Shown: positions 11,601 through 21,366, counted from the stretch's first letter. The stretch: 64,000 bases of DNA from an uncultured Clostridia bacterium (GCA_944388585.1 CALXJI010000007.1:7276-71275); one strand, 5' to 3'. The notes: generated by a model from the sequence alone, not told the origin. Translations and numbers: made by a program.

Positions 11601-13144
11601 CAGAATTATATTTGGGATCATATACAATAAGGGAAAGTAAAACAGTTAATGGATATTTAATTCAATCTGAAGAAATACCGTTTGTGTTAGACTATAAAGG
11701 CCAAGAATTAGCAATTTATGATAAAAATTTAGACTATGTAGACGTAAGGCAAAAAATGAAATTAAAGATTAAGAAAAATATGGAAGATTCTAGTTTCTTA
11801 GATTTATTACAAGATGCATATAAAGACGTAGTATTAGGAATATATACAAGAGAAGACATGATTAATTATAATGGAGAAAAAATTATAGATGCAGATACAT
11901 TAGTAGATAAACTTTATATAACTGCTGAGGGAGTAAATACATCAAATTATGATTTGCCACTTGGAAAATATTATATAAAAGAAATTGCTACTAATGAAAA
12001 TTATATTTTAAATGACAATGAATATGATTTTGAATTTGCAAGTAATGATGATATAACATCAGTAATAACTATAAATTTATCAGATACTATACAAAATGAT
12101 CTTACAGATTTAGGAAAATTTAAATTATATAAATATACAAAAGAGGAGAGAAATTTATTACAAAGAATAGGTGATTTATTTACAGGATATGATTCTGATG
12201 TAAAAACTCATGCATTAAGTAATGTAAAGTTTAAATTATATTATGATGATAATGGTGTAGCTAAAGAATTATATACAGAAAGTGGCCCAGCTGAATATGT
12301 AACAGATGAAAATGGAATAATAGAAGTTAATGATCTACCTTTTGGAAAATATTATTATCAGGAGATAGAAGCGCCATATGGCTATGAGATAGATAATAAA
12401 TTATATGAATTTAATATTACAGATCAAAATGTAGAAAAACCTTTTTATGTAGAAGTAAATAATAAGTTAAAAGAAATAAAAGTATTTACAAAAATTGATG
12501 CATTTAATTCAGAGAAGATACCAGATTGTACTTTTGAAATTAGAGATGAATCAGATAAGGTAATATTTACGGGTACAACTAATAATGATGGAGATTTTTA
12601 TATGCCGATTGATCTACTTGATGTTGGTAAAAAGTATTATTATGTAGAGATAAGTGCTCCAGATATTTATGAGTTAAATACAGATAAACATGAATTTAGC
12701 ATGAATGAAGATATGACATTTACAATTACAAATGTTGAAAATTTAAGAAAAACATCAAAAGTAAAGCTAAATAAAACAGATTTATTAGGAGGAAATAAAA
12801 TACCAAATTGTACATTTGAACTTAGAAGTGAGGAAACAGATTTTGTTGTTACAGCAACAACAGATGAAAATGGTGAATGCTACTTTGAAAATATACCATA
12901 TGGAACATATATATATACAGAAATAAGTGCACCAGATGGATATATAATAGATACAACACCACATAGATTTACTGTAGATAGTGAAGAAGAAGAGATAAAT
13001 GTAATAAATGAAAGTATTGTTAATACATCAGATATAAATCTAATATTATTTACTATGGTCTTAATAGCAAGTGTAATAGGAATAAGTTACGTTGTATATA
13101 AAAATAGAGAAATGATTTTAGAAAAAATAAGAAAAGATAAATAA
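8663..13144 (+). CDS. giant cell-surface adhesin: signal peptide, thioester-domain-like N-terminal region, about 10 Cna-B/SpaA-type repeats, C-terminal TM anchor
   Basis: 1493 aa with an N-terminal signal peptide. It carries YCIEMG and QAVIW motifs. Repeats of the form K..DAETGE..QGDA.L.GA.Y.VY...LP.GKY...E..AP.GY recur roughly 10 times. The C-terminus is a hydrophobic stretch followed by basic residues. Confidence 0.85.
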   Translation: MKTKKKIFLLILIFLFILAPKNIIALTSGAYMYDRIYVGVPEHDEEFGYPAFFCCTLDGEEVYCIEMGVSLHKAEYAEYDYDDPSIGYALVADHGYTDNDAANYQIRQAVIWALLGQIDIEGIYAGDSGCVRAAKKLYYDAKEYKGTVEKPKVSTSSIEFEIDGSEYVSNAISVSKSEGNEYYDINLGGFPDGTYITDMDGDKMQTDDITWNSEFQIRIPLEVIKYDITNINMKVTSTGTVYNTTKAYHAPKDEASQEVLSSKAESSKKTSSVSFKLVKPIKAQGSLEVKKLDEYGKTIAGTVFKITNGTETFTQSTGSDGIARFIDLPVGKYTITETSATDGYFNDKVDITANVIAGLTVNVEKTNKESNGNVKIIKRDAETGEIPQGDAKLSGAVYKVYANEDIYAANKINKLFSKGDEVGTCTTGEDGTTNSIQLPLGKYKYREVSASEGYILNDEEIEFTIEYDNQYVELVDKTFTSKENVKRNSIEIIKKLQATDSTPQQNLAGAKFSATLKSDRSKVYYSTVTDNNGYCIIENLPYGTYEIEEVEVPVNALKIENFDVFIEEDSSEREPYRYTKEDVAKKMQITIYKEDRETGTETQGDARLEEAEYTIYRDEALTDAIETVKISKQDDGTYSAKTGYYLIGKYYIKETKRPEGYLADEEIHIIEQLGENQTEEISYHEITSTEPVERGNIYIVKYQENNTNEGEGSTTKPPATGVELTLTLNSDPSVSYKSVVNDIGYAEFIDIPYGWYTITETKSLEFVDIMDPQAVYVSYEGQTLHYIVEDPRYERKLKIVKKDSETENTIPLAGATFKVWDVATKQYISQVVNYPTQTQIDEFITSNDGTLTLPEGLIPGEYELEEVSAPYGYVLNTSRVPFTIDATTPEEPEYIELTTVEFPDTPQKARIIVYKKGEVVTSSKKEDDMIRPVYEEMGLQGVEYTIKAVENITTPDGSVRMYEGDTITFVTDKDGIGKSPELYLGSYTIRESKTVNGYLIQSEEIPFVLDYKGQELAIYDKNLDYVDVRQKMKLKIKKNMEDSSFLDLLQDAYKDVVLGIYTREDMINYNGEKIIDADTLVDKLYITAEGVNTSNYDLPLGKYYIKEIATNENYILNDNEYDFEFASNDDITSVITINLSDTIQNDLTDLGKFKLYKYTKEERNLLQRIGDLFTGYDSDVKTHALSNVKFKLYYDDNGVAKELYTESGPAEYVTDENGIIEVNDLPFGKYYYQEIEAPYGYEIDNKLYEFNITDQNVEKPFYVEVNNKLKEIKVFTKIDAFNSEKIPDCTFEIRDESDKVIFTGTTNNDGDFYMPIDLLDVGKKYYYVEISAPDIYELNTDKHEFSMNEDMTFTITNVENLRKTSKVKLNKTDLLGGNKIPNCTFELRSEETDFVVTATTDENGECYFENIPYGTYIYTEISAPDGYIIDTTPHRFTVDSEEEEINVINESIVNTSDINLILFTMVLIASVIGISYVVYKNREMILEKIRKDK

Positions 13145-13146
13145 AC

Positions 13147-13178
13147 AAAATATCCCTAGATTTAGGGATATTTTGTTG
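13147..13178 (+). terminator. rho-independent terminator after adhesin gene 1
   Basis: AAAATATCCCTA-GATT-TAGGGATATTTT hairpin followed by a GTTGTG/T-rich tail. Confidence 0.6.
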
Positions 13179-13364
13179 TGTAGAAAAGTGTGTGAAATAA
13201 TAGTGAAATTTTTTTGTAATATTTAATAAAAAAATCTAGAAAAAAGTAAATTTTTATTTTTTTATTGTTGAAATTAAAATTTCTTAATGATATTATTTTA
13301 TTATCAGAAAATAAAATAAAATTTTATTTTTTTGAAAAAATAAAAGGAGAGAGGGAGAGGATAT

Positions 13365-16300
13365 ATGAAAATAAGTAAGCTTAAATATGTATTTGCTTTT
13401 ATATTAATGGTAGCTGTAGCTACTGTAACTAATAGTGCAAAAGCAGTTACAATGCCAAATAATGGTCAAATTACAATAAGTACTATTATTGCATCACAGC
13501 TTGCTGCAATAGAAGATGGCGATGAACCATCAGATAGTACATATCAAAATTTAGTTTACCTTTTCAATTCCGGTTATTCTACAAGTGGTAGTGCACTTGG
13601 ACCTGCTATGAATCCAGTTTATTCATATTCAGTAGAAGATACTACAACTGGAATATACTCTAAAGTTTATGGCTTAAATTATGGAAATTCTGCAATTAAC
13701 AGAGAGGGAGTAGAGTATACAGGAATCGGAAATGGCAGCTATGCAGATAATAAAATTGGTCTTGGTTTAGCTTTCGGTTTAAATTATTTAAGCTCAGAAC
13801 AAGCTTCTAATCAGGAAGTTGTAGGCGCAGATGTACAAGCTTCATCAATCGCTACACAAATGTATATATGGATAGTAAATGCAGGTTTATTAGGAACTCC
13901 TGCTGAAACAGAAGTTGTTAATGCAAACTTAACAGGAAATGCATTAGCAAGATATTATAATATTAGAAATTCAGTAGAACAAGCTTCTGCTAACCCATCA
14001 TATACATATTCTTCAGTAGAAGAAGCTAAACAACATCCAATTGAAATGAATTGGAATGATGCAATGGGTAGATACGAATATACAGTAACTGATTCAAATG
14101 GACTTGAAACAATGGCTTTAGTTGCTTTATATATTGATGAAAACCCAAATATTTCTTATAGTAAGAATGGAGATTCAGTAACATTCTTTACAACTGAACA
14201 AGTTGGAACAATAGATAATCCAGAATGTATAACAGTTCGTAAATCTATAAATAATGGTCGTTGGGTACCAGGATATGCAACAACTGTAGATAATGGTCAA
14301 CAACTAGTATATTTATCTGGTAGACAAAATGCTAATAGCGATACTTATGTTAGTTTCTATACTAATGCTTTAAGAGTTCAAGTAACAAAAACACTTGGAG
14401 ATATTGATGCAAATCATAATACAGGAGATGCTACAGTAGCAGGTGCTGTATATGGAATATATACTGATTATGATTGTACTCAATTAGTACAAGAAATAAC
14501 AACAGATGCTAATGGTATTGCAACATCTAGACCATTAGAAGATAGAGATTACTATGTAAAAGAAATATCTCAACCAGAAGGAACAAAAATAGATGGAACA
14601 ACATATACAGCTAGAGCAGCAGATGCTCAAGATGTAAATGGTCAAAAAATTGTAAACGTTAATTCTAAAAACCAAGTAATTTATGGTGGATTTAGAATGA
14701 TTGTTTCAATTAGTGATTTAACTGGTGATACTACTAAAGAACCAGCAGTTGGATCAGTAATGAAATTAACATTAAATTCAAATCCAGATGAATATTATAC
14801 AGAAACTGTTGATGAGCATGGATATGTTGATTTTACAGACATACCATATGGTCATTATACATGTACTGAAATAGAAAAAGTAAAACCAGAATTAGACTTT
14901 ATGGATCCATTACCAATATATATTAACTCTGAAGAAACATTTATTTATTCAAAATTAGTAAATACTGAAGTAGCACAAAGATATGTAAGAATAGAAAAAC
15001 AAGATGCTGAATCTGGAAAAATAATTCCAATGGCTAACACAGTATTCCAAGTTAGAGATTCAGAGGGAAATCTTGTAATTCAAAGTATTAAATATCCAGA
15101 AGTACAAGAATTATCTTATTATACAACAGATGAAAAAGGATATTTAGTAATGCCTGAAAAACTTCCATATGGAGAATATACTGTTTATGAAGTAACTGCT
15201 CCAGATGGGTATTATAATGAGCATGCAACAGATGGACAACCTTCTGCAACATTTAATGTTGAATCTAATACTGTTGAAAATCCAGATAAAGATGCTCAAG
15301 TTGTAACTATAGTTAAAAATATGCCACAAAAGGTTAATTTAACTATAAGAACAACAGGACAAGTATTAGTAAATCCTAATGAACAACAATCTAACGGATA
15401 TACAATACAAGCTCCAGCATATGGATCAGGTGCTATACCAGGAGCAAAATATGAATTAACTGCTAAAACAGATATAAAAACTGGTGACGGAGAAATCCAT
15501 ATGGCAGCTGGGGAAACAGTAACTCTTACTGCAAATGAAAATGGTGTAATAACAACAAAATTATATTTAGGTAGTTATACATTAAAACAAGTATCTGTTC
15601 CAGAAGGATATGTTTTAGATTCTACACCAAGAGATCTAACATATACTTATAAAGGACAAACTATTCTTGAACAAAATGATACAATAACATATTCTAATGT
15701 AAGACAGGAATATGAAGTACATCTTAAAAAAGAATTTGCAGATCTTAACTTCTATAGACAAAATGAAAATGAGCCATCTATAGAATCTGCAGAATTAGAA
15801 GAATATGCAGATGTAATAATTGGAATTTATGCTGCTGAAGATATCACAGATTTACAAGGTAATGTTAGAATTGAAGAAGGCGATTTAGTAGATATTGTAA
15901 CTGTAAATAATGATGGAACTGCAATGGTTAATGTAAGTTTACCAACAGGAAACTTCTATGCTAAAGAGCTTGAAACTAATGAAAATTATGTTGTAAGTGA
16001 AAAAGAGTATCCAATTGTTGCAAAACCACAAGATAATGTAAATCAACTATTTAGAATAGATGTTGAGACTATAGTAAATGAAGCTAAAAAGGTTACTAAA
16101 TTTACTTTAGTTAAAGTAGAAGATACAGGAATTGAAGCAAATCAAGAAAATGAGAGATCTTTACTTGAAGCTGTAGAAGAATTTGCTGAAGGCGTTTTAG
16201 AAGGCGTATTTGGTAATACAGATGAAACAGTAGATGTTACAAGACTTGAGGGTGCTAAATATGCTGTATACTATGTAGGTAATGGCGGAGATTATCCTTT

Positions 16301-17138
16301 ACTTGAAAAAGTAAATGGAGAATTAGTTGAAGTTGTTCGTACAACAGACGAAAACGGAGAAATTGTTCTTGAAGGTCTACCTTATGGTAAATATACAGTA
16401 AAAGAATTAGAAGCTCCTAAATACTATGATTTAGATGAAACTAAATATGGATTTGAAGTAACAACTGAAGAGCCAGAGGCAGGATTAGTACTTGAAAATA
16501 CACGTACTTTAGTAGACATTGCAATAACTGTAAAAGATGAAGATGGAAATCTATTAAAAGATGCTCAAGTAGATTTAGTAGATCCAGAAACAAATAAAGT
16601 TGTTTATACTCAAGTAACAGATGAAAATGGTGTTGCTCAATTTGATCAAATTAGAGCAGGAAGATACATAAGAAAAGTAAGTGCTTTAAGTGCACAATAT
16701 GTATTACCAGAAGATCAAGAACTTTATGCTGAAGAAGATTCAGAAGTTTCAGCTGAAGTTGAAGTTAAATTTGTAAAAGGTAATATCTTAGTATATAAAA
16801 CTGATGCAGAAACAGGAGAGCCTGTTGCAGGATGTAAATTTAAAGTTACTAATGAACTAGGTGAAGTAGTAGCTGAAGGTACAAGTGATGAAAATGGATA
16901 CTATCAAGTTAATGATTTAAGATATGGTGTTTACTATGTTGAAGAGACAGAAGCTGCTGAAGGATATGAAAAGGATGCAACTATCTTCCAAGTAACAATT
17001 GAAGAAGATGGTGTAACTTTAGAAGTTAACTTTACAAATGTTCCTACTGGAGATATTGCAGTAGCAGCATATGTTGTAATGGCTTTAGTATCTTTAGGAG
17101 TAATTGCTAAAACAGTTAAAAAACTAAGAATGAACTAA
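13365..17138 (+). CDS. giant cell-surface adhesin paralog: signal peptide, TQ-motif N-terminal domain, Cna-B/SpaA-type repeats, C-terminal VPTGD followed by a hydrophobic stretch and basic tail
   Basis: 1257 aa with strong AAGGAGAGAGGGAGAGG RBS; ATQMYIW motif; repeats such as ILVYKTDAETGEPVAGCKFKV...YGVYYVEETEAAEGY; codon usage looks like a highly expressed gene. Confidence 0.85.
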   Translation: MKISKLKYVFAFILMVAVATVTNSAKAVTMPNNGQITISTIIASQLAAIEDGDEPSDSTYQNLVYLFNSGYSTSGSALGPAMNPVYSYSVEDTTTGIYSKVYGLNYGNSAINREGVEYTGIGNGSYADNKIGLGLAFGLNYLSSEQASNQEVVGADVQASSIATQMYIWIVNAGLLGTPAETEVVNANLTGNALARYYNIRNSVEQASANPSYTYSSVEEAKQHPIEMNWNDAMGRYEYTVTDSNGLETMALVALYIDENPNISYSKNGDSVTFFTTEQVGTIDNPECITVRKSINNGRWVPGYATTVDNGQQLVYLSGRQNANSDTYVSFYTNALRVQVTKTLGDIDANHNTGDATVAGAVYGIYTDYDCTQLVQEITTDANGIATSRPLEDRDYYVKEISQPEGTKIDGTTYTARAADAQDVNGQKIVNVNSKNQVIYGGFRMIVSISDLTGDTTKEPAVGSVMKLTLNSNPDEYYTETVDEHGYVDFTDIPYGHYTCTEIEKVKPELDFMDPLPIYINSEETFIYSKLVNTEVAQRYVRIEKQDAESGKIIPMANTVFQVRDSEGNLVIQSIKYPEVQELSYYTTDEKGYLVMPEKLPYGEYTVYEVTAPDGYYNEHATDGQPSATFNVESNTVENPDKDAQVVTIVKNMPQKVNLTIRTTGQVLVNPNEQQSNGYTIQAPAYGSGAIPGAKYELTAKTDIKTGDGEIHMAAGETVTLTANENGVITTKLYLGSYTLKQVSVPEGYVLDSTPRDLTYTYKGQTILEQNDTITYSNVRQEYEVHLKKEFADLNFYRQNENEPSIESAELEEYADVIIGIYAAEDITDLQGNVRIEEGDLVDIVTVNNDGTAMVNVSLPTGNFYAKELETNENYVVSEKEYPIVAKPQDNVNQLFRIDVETIVNEAKKVTKFTLVKVEDTGIEANQENERSLLEAVEEFAEGVLEGVFGNTDETVDVTRLEGAKYAVYYVGNGGDYPLLEKVNGELVEVVRTTDENGEIVLEGLPYGKYTVKELEAPKYYDLDETKYGFEVTTEEPEAGLVLENTRTLVDIAITVKDEDGNLLKDAQVDLVDPETNKVVYTQVTDENGVAQFDQIRAGRYIRKVSALSAQYVLPEDQELYAEEDSEVSAEVEVKFVKGNILVYKTDAETGEPVAGCKFKVTNELGEVVAEGTSDENGYYQVNDLRYGVYYVEETEAAEGYEKDATIFQVTIEEDGVTLEVNFTNVPTGDIAVAAYVVMALVSLGVIAKTVKKLRMN

Positions 17139-17164
17139 TTATAAATATTAGATTATTTTAAATA

Positions 17165-17200
17165 AGTATAGTCATATAGAAATGTGGCTATACTTTTTTA
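17165..17200 (+). terminator. rho-independent terminator after adhesin gene 2
   Basis: AGTATAGTCA pairs with TGGCTATACT (one G-U pair), followed by TTTTTTA. Confidence 0.65.
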
Positions 17201-17263
17201 TTTATGTAATTATGTATATATTATTTACATATAAATATAATTATATTAGATTGGAGGAGTTTA

Positions 17264-18331
17264 ATGCTTAACATAGATATAAAAAGGACAAATAACTATA
17301 AGCCAAAACCTAATATTGATGACAGTTTAGAATTTGGTACTGTTTTTACAGATCATATGTTTATAATGGATTATACAAGTGAAGATGGATGGAAAAATCC
17401 AAGAATAGAAGAATTTAAAGATATTTCAATATCACCTGCAGCAATGGTATTTCATTATGGACAATCATTATTTGAAGGAATGAAAGCATATAAAACAGAA
17501 GAAGGAGATGTACAATTATTTAGACCTCTAAAGCATATTAAAAGAGCTAATAGCTCTGCAAAAAGACTTTGTATGCCACAAATTAATGAAGAAGATTTTT
17601 TGCAAGCTATAAAAACATTAGTGGATATAGATAGAGATTGGATACCTCGAAAAAGAGGAGCAGCATTATATATAAGACCATTTATGATTGCAACTGATCC
17701 ATCTGTAAATGTTAAACCTTCAACAAAGTTTAAGTTTATTATTATACTTTCTCCTGTATTTTCATATTATAAAGAGGGATTAAATCCGGTAAAAATTTGG
17801 ATAGAAGATGAATATGTAAGAGCAATAAGAGGTGGAATAGGAGAGGCAAAAACAGGAGGAAACTATGCGGCAGCTATGTTATCACAACAAAAGGCACATG
17901 AGGCAGGATTTTCTCAAGTATTATGGCTTGATGGAATTGAGCATAAATATGTAGAAGAAGTGGGTGCAATGAATATATTTTTTAAAATAGATAATAAAGT
18001 TATAACTCCTAGTTTAAGTGGAAGTATATTAGATGGTGTTACAAGAAGCTCTGTAATTGATTTATGTAGATATTTTGGATATGAGGTAGAAGAAAGAAGA
18101 ATATCTGTAGATGAACTGGAAAAAGCAGCTTGTGAAAAAAGATTACAAGAAGTATTTGGAACAGGAACAGCAGCAGTTATATCACCTATTGGTACTTTAA
18201 AATTTGGAGATAATATATACACTATAAACTCTTCAAAAATTGGTAATCTTACTCAGAAAATATATGATACTTTAACTGGTATACAATCTGGAAAAGAAAA
18301 GGATATATTTAATTGGACACAAAAAGTATAA
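17264..18331 (+). CDS. ilvE: branched-chain amino acid aminotransferase
   Basis: 355 aa; class IV aminotransferase features (FGTVFTDHM, YIRPF, GEAKTGGNY, QVLWLDG). Confidence 0.9.
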   Translation: MLNIDIKRTNNYKPKPNIDDSLEFGTVFTDHMFIMDYTSEDGWKNPRIEEFKDISISPAAMVFHYGQSLFEGMKAYKTEEGDVQLFRPLKHIKRANSSAKRLCMPQINEEDFLQAIKTLVDIDRDWIPRKRGAALYIRPFMIATDPSVNVKPSTKFKFIIILSPVFSYYKEGLNPVKIWIEDEYVRAIRGGIGEAKTGGNYAAAMLSQQKAHEAGFSQVLWLDGIEHKYVEEVGAMNIFFKIDNKVITPSLSGSILDGVTRSSVIDLCRYFGYEVEERRISVDELEKAACEKRLQEVFGTGTAAVISPIGTLKFGDNIYTINSSKIGNLTQKIYDTLTGIQSGKEKDIFNWTQKV

Positions 18332-18346
18332 AATAAAGAAGATAAT

Positions 18347-19087
18347 TTAATTATCTTCTATTTTTATACTTTTAAAAACATTTCCTATTGAGTCATTAAT
18401 AACCAGAGTTGCTCTACTATCAAAAGGAGTTTTTTCTTTATTGATTAATACAATATATTTTCCTTTAAAGTATTGTATAAGATAAGAGGCAGGATATACT
18501 ACAAGAGAGGTTCCACCAATAATTAGCATATCACATGATGAAATATCTTTTATCGCTTGCGAATATATATTCTCATCTAAAGGTTCTTCATAAAGTACAA
18601 CGTCTGGCTTTATTATTCCACCACAGTTGCATTTTGGTATATTGCCATTATAATTAAATACATATTCTGCACTATAAAATTTATTACATCTTGTACAAAA
18701 GTTCCTTAAAACGCTACCATGGAGCTCTAATACATGTTTTGATCCTGCTTTTTGATGTAGCCCATCTATATTTTGGGTAATTACAGATTTAAGTTTCCCT
18801 TTTTCTTCTAATTTAGCAAGTGTATAGTGAGTAATATTTGGCATATATTTTAAAGAATTTAATTTATCTTTATAAAATTTAAAAAATTCTTCTGTATTAT
18901 TTATAAAGAAAGTATGGTTTAAAATTTCTTCAGGTGGATATTTATATTTCATGTTATAAAGTCCATCTTTACTTCTAAAATCTGGTATCCCACTTTCTGT
19001 AGATACTCCTGCTCCACCAAAAAACACAATAGAATTAGATTCTTTTATCATTTGATTTAATTTTAATATTTTTTCTTTGTTATTCAT
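18347..19087 (-). CDS. cobB: NAD-dependent protein deacylase, Sir2 family
   Basis: GAGVSTESGIPDFR Rossmann motif with a CTRC...CNCGG zinc-binding pair; 246 aa. Confidence 0.88.
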   Translation of the reverse strand: MNNKEKILKLNQMIKESNSIVFFGGAGVSTESGIPDFRSKDGLYNMKYKYPPEEILNHTFFINNTEEFFKFYKDKLNSLKYMPNITHYTLAKLEEKGKLKSVITQNIDGLHQKAGSKHVLELHGSVLRNFCTRCNKFYSAEYVFNYNGNIPKCNCGGIIKPDVVLYEEPLDENIYSQAIKDISSCDMLIIGGTSLVVYPASYLIQYFKGKYIVLINKEKTPFDSRATLVINDSIGNVFKSIKIEDN

Positions 19088-19151
19088 ATTATCACCATAT
19101 AAATTATATCATAAAAAACACACCTTAATATAAATTAAGATGTGTCAAATT

Positions 19152-19808
19152 TTAGTATGATTGTATTTGTATATTTACGTCAAAATTTTTTGAGCAAGTA
19201 TTCAAAAAGTTTTCTAAATTAATTTTTGCTTGCAAAATGTTTTTTTCATTATTTGAATTTTCAAATATTCTATCTCTTGCTATCTGTTCAAGTGCAAGTG
19301 TTTGATCTGGTGTATAGGTACTACCAAATATACTTTTATTTTCAGATGAGTAAATATCTGTTATATCAACAAAAGATAATTTTATATCGTTTATATTGTA
19401 GTATATTAGTACATTTGCACTTTCATCTATTTTAGTAGTTATATTACTACATTCAATTGTAAATGCTGTAGTATAATTTGCATATACTTTTATATCTGAG
19501 TTAAATAACCATTCTGTCCATGCATTATTTTGTGGTGTTTTATCATGACTTAAAGTTATTTTCCCAGAAGTTCTAAGTAATGTTAATGCTACGTTATTAT
19601 TTATACTTTCAACAAAATTTTCTGCTTTTTCAATTTCTTTATTTAATATTTCTTTTTCTAAATTTATATTTGTTTGAGCTTGTACTTCTTCTTTTAGTTC
19701 ATCTGTTTGTTGGTTATTATATTGAATATATTGGCATATTAAAGACATTAATGCACCTAGCATTACAAAAATTAAAATAAAAAGTAATTTTTTTAAAAAA
19801 ACTTTCAT
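19152..19808 (-). CDS. hypothetical membrane-anchored (signal/TM) coiled-coil protein
   Basis: N-terminal hydrophobic segment; no catalytic motifs; 218 aa. Confidence 0.5.
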   Translation of the reverse strand: MKVFLKKLLFILIFVMLGALMSLICQYIQYNNQQTDELKEEVQAQTNINLEKEILNKEIEKAENFVESINNNVALTLLRTSGKITLSHDKTPQNNAWTEWLFNSDIKVYANYTTAFTIECSNITTKIDESANVLIYYNINDIKLSFVDITDIYSSENKSIFGSTYTPDQTLALEQIARDRIFENSNNEKNILQAKINLENFLNTCSKNFDVNIQIQSY

Positions 19809-20007
19809 AAAATAACCTCCTTTTAAATTTAAAAGAAATAAAAATATACAAGCGTATTTGTATTATATCACACTTTACATAAAAAGTAAATATGACAATA
19901 TCTAGTATTTTGTATAAAAGATGTGAAAAATTGAATAATAGATTGAATAATGTTTTTTTTATTGATACAATTAAAGTGTAAATATGTTTTACAAAGGAGG
20001 AATTTAT

Positions 20008-21174
20008 ATGTTAAAATCAAATGTTGGCTGGAGCATAGACAAGTCTAGTAAAAAAGCTGGTATGGAAGCAGCTCAAAAAGCTATGTCTAACCTAACAAAA
20101 GCTAAGGTTGCATTTGTATATACTTCTGTAGATAATAATGTTGAAGAAGTATTAGAAGGAGTAAAGGAAACTTTAGGTAATGTACCTGTAGTTGGCTGTA
20201 CTTCAAGTGGAGGAATAATTGTACCTGATGGATATATTAATTCAAATAATGGATTTGTTGGTGTAATGGTACTATCAGATAGTGCAATGGAAGTTGGAGT
20301 ATATGGTAGTGCTGCAACAGGTGATGCAAGAGAGACAGGTAGAAAAATTGCTCAAGAGGCAATGAAAAATGCTGGAAAAACTTGTGCCCCTGCTTACTTT
20401 TATATGGTTGCTTCTCCAAAAGAAGAAGAAGACTATTTAAAAGGAATTGAAGATATAGTGGGAAGAATACCTATGTTTGGTGGATCAGCTGCAGATAATA
20501 CTGTTGAAGGAAAATGGGAGATATATGCTAATGATATAGTATTTTCAGATGGTTGTGCTGTTGCATTTTTCTATACAGATAAACCTGTATCAAATGTATA
20601 TACTGGAGCATATCGTGAAACAGATAATGTAGGTATAATAACTAAGGTAGAAGATAAAAGAAGATTAGTTGAAATTAATGGGATTCCTGCTCTAGAGCAA
20701 TATGCAAAATGGACAGGTAAAAAAGTTGAAAACTTAAAGGGTGGCAATTTATTAACTGAAACTATACTTGCACCTTTGGGAGTAAAAGATAGATTAGGAG
20801 ATTTAGTAGCAATACGTCATCCAATGGCTGGAAATGATGATTTATCTATGAATATTGGAAACAACTTAGCTGAAAAAACTGCTGTTATTCAAATGGAAGG
20901 AACAGTAGATGAACTTATAAATTCTACAACAGAAGCATTAAAAGATGTAAAAAAATCACTACCTAATGGCGTTGGTGCATATCTTCTTGTACATTGTGGA
21001 GGAAGAAAATTAGGTATTGGTGATAGAATAGATGAAGTGGCAAAAAGAATAAAAGAAGAAGCTGGAGATACACCATTTATTACAATATTTACTTTTGGTG
21101 AATATGGTTCAAATAATAATGATAGAAATACATGTGGAGGACTTATGTTATCATTTACTGGTCTTGGTAAATGA
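20008..21174 (+). CDS. FIST N/C domain sensory protein
   Basis: AGGAGG RBS; FIST-like sequence with conserved VGCTSSGGII and FGEYG motifs. Confidence 0.75.
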   Translation: MLKSNVGWSIDKSSKKAGMEAAQKAMSNLTKAKVAFVYTSVDNNVEEVLEGVKETLGNVPVVGCTSSGGIIVPDGYINSNNGFVGVMVLSDSAMEVGVYGSAATGDARETGRKIAQEAMKNAGKTCAPAYFYMVASPKEEEDYLKGIEDIVGRIPMFGGSAADNTVEGKWEIYANDIVFSDGCAVAFFYTDKPVSNVYTGAYRETDNVGIITKVEDKRRLVEINGIPALEQYAKWTGKKVENLKGGNLLTETILAPLGVKDRLGDLVAIRHPMAGNDDLSMNIGNNLAEKTAVIQMEGTVDELINSTTEALKDVKKSLPNGVGAYLLVHCGGRKLGIGDRIDEVAKRIKEEAGDTPFITIFTFGEYGSNNNDRNTCGGLMLSFTGLGK

Positions 21175-21366
21175 AGAGCTCCACAGGGTAATCCTAAAAA
21201 TCTAATTGGATATGAATGGAAAGATGCATCAGATGGAAATTATATTGAGGTAGTTAACCCTGCTACTCAAGAAACTATTGCAAAAGTTCCTAATTGTTCA
21301 TTAGATGATGTTGATGAGGCTGTAAATGTTGCAAAAGTAGAGCAGAAAAAATGGGCTAAAATTCCT

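Noticed and set aside
12990-13144. LPXTG sortase motif at the C-terminus of adhesin 1, and VPTGD in adhesin 2 as a sortase signal
   Set aside because: No LPXTG or (S/P)PXTG is present in protein 1. VPTGD in protein 2 lacks the X position. Both are therefore described only as C-terminally membrane-anchored with sorting-signal-like topology.
21172-21174. Selenocysteine or stop-codon read-through fusing FIST to ALDH at the in-frame TGA
   Set aside because: No SECIS-like hairpin follows the TGA. A one-base slip in the GGG run plus an ATGA start/stop overlap explains the layout more simply.
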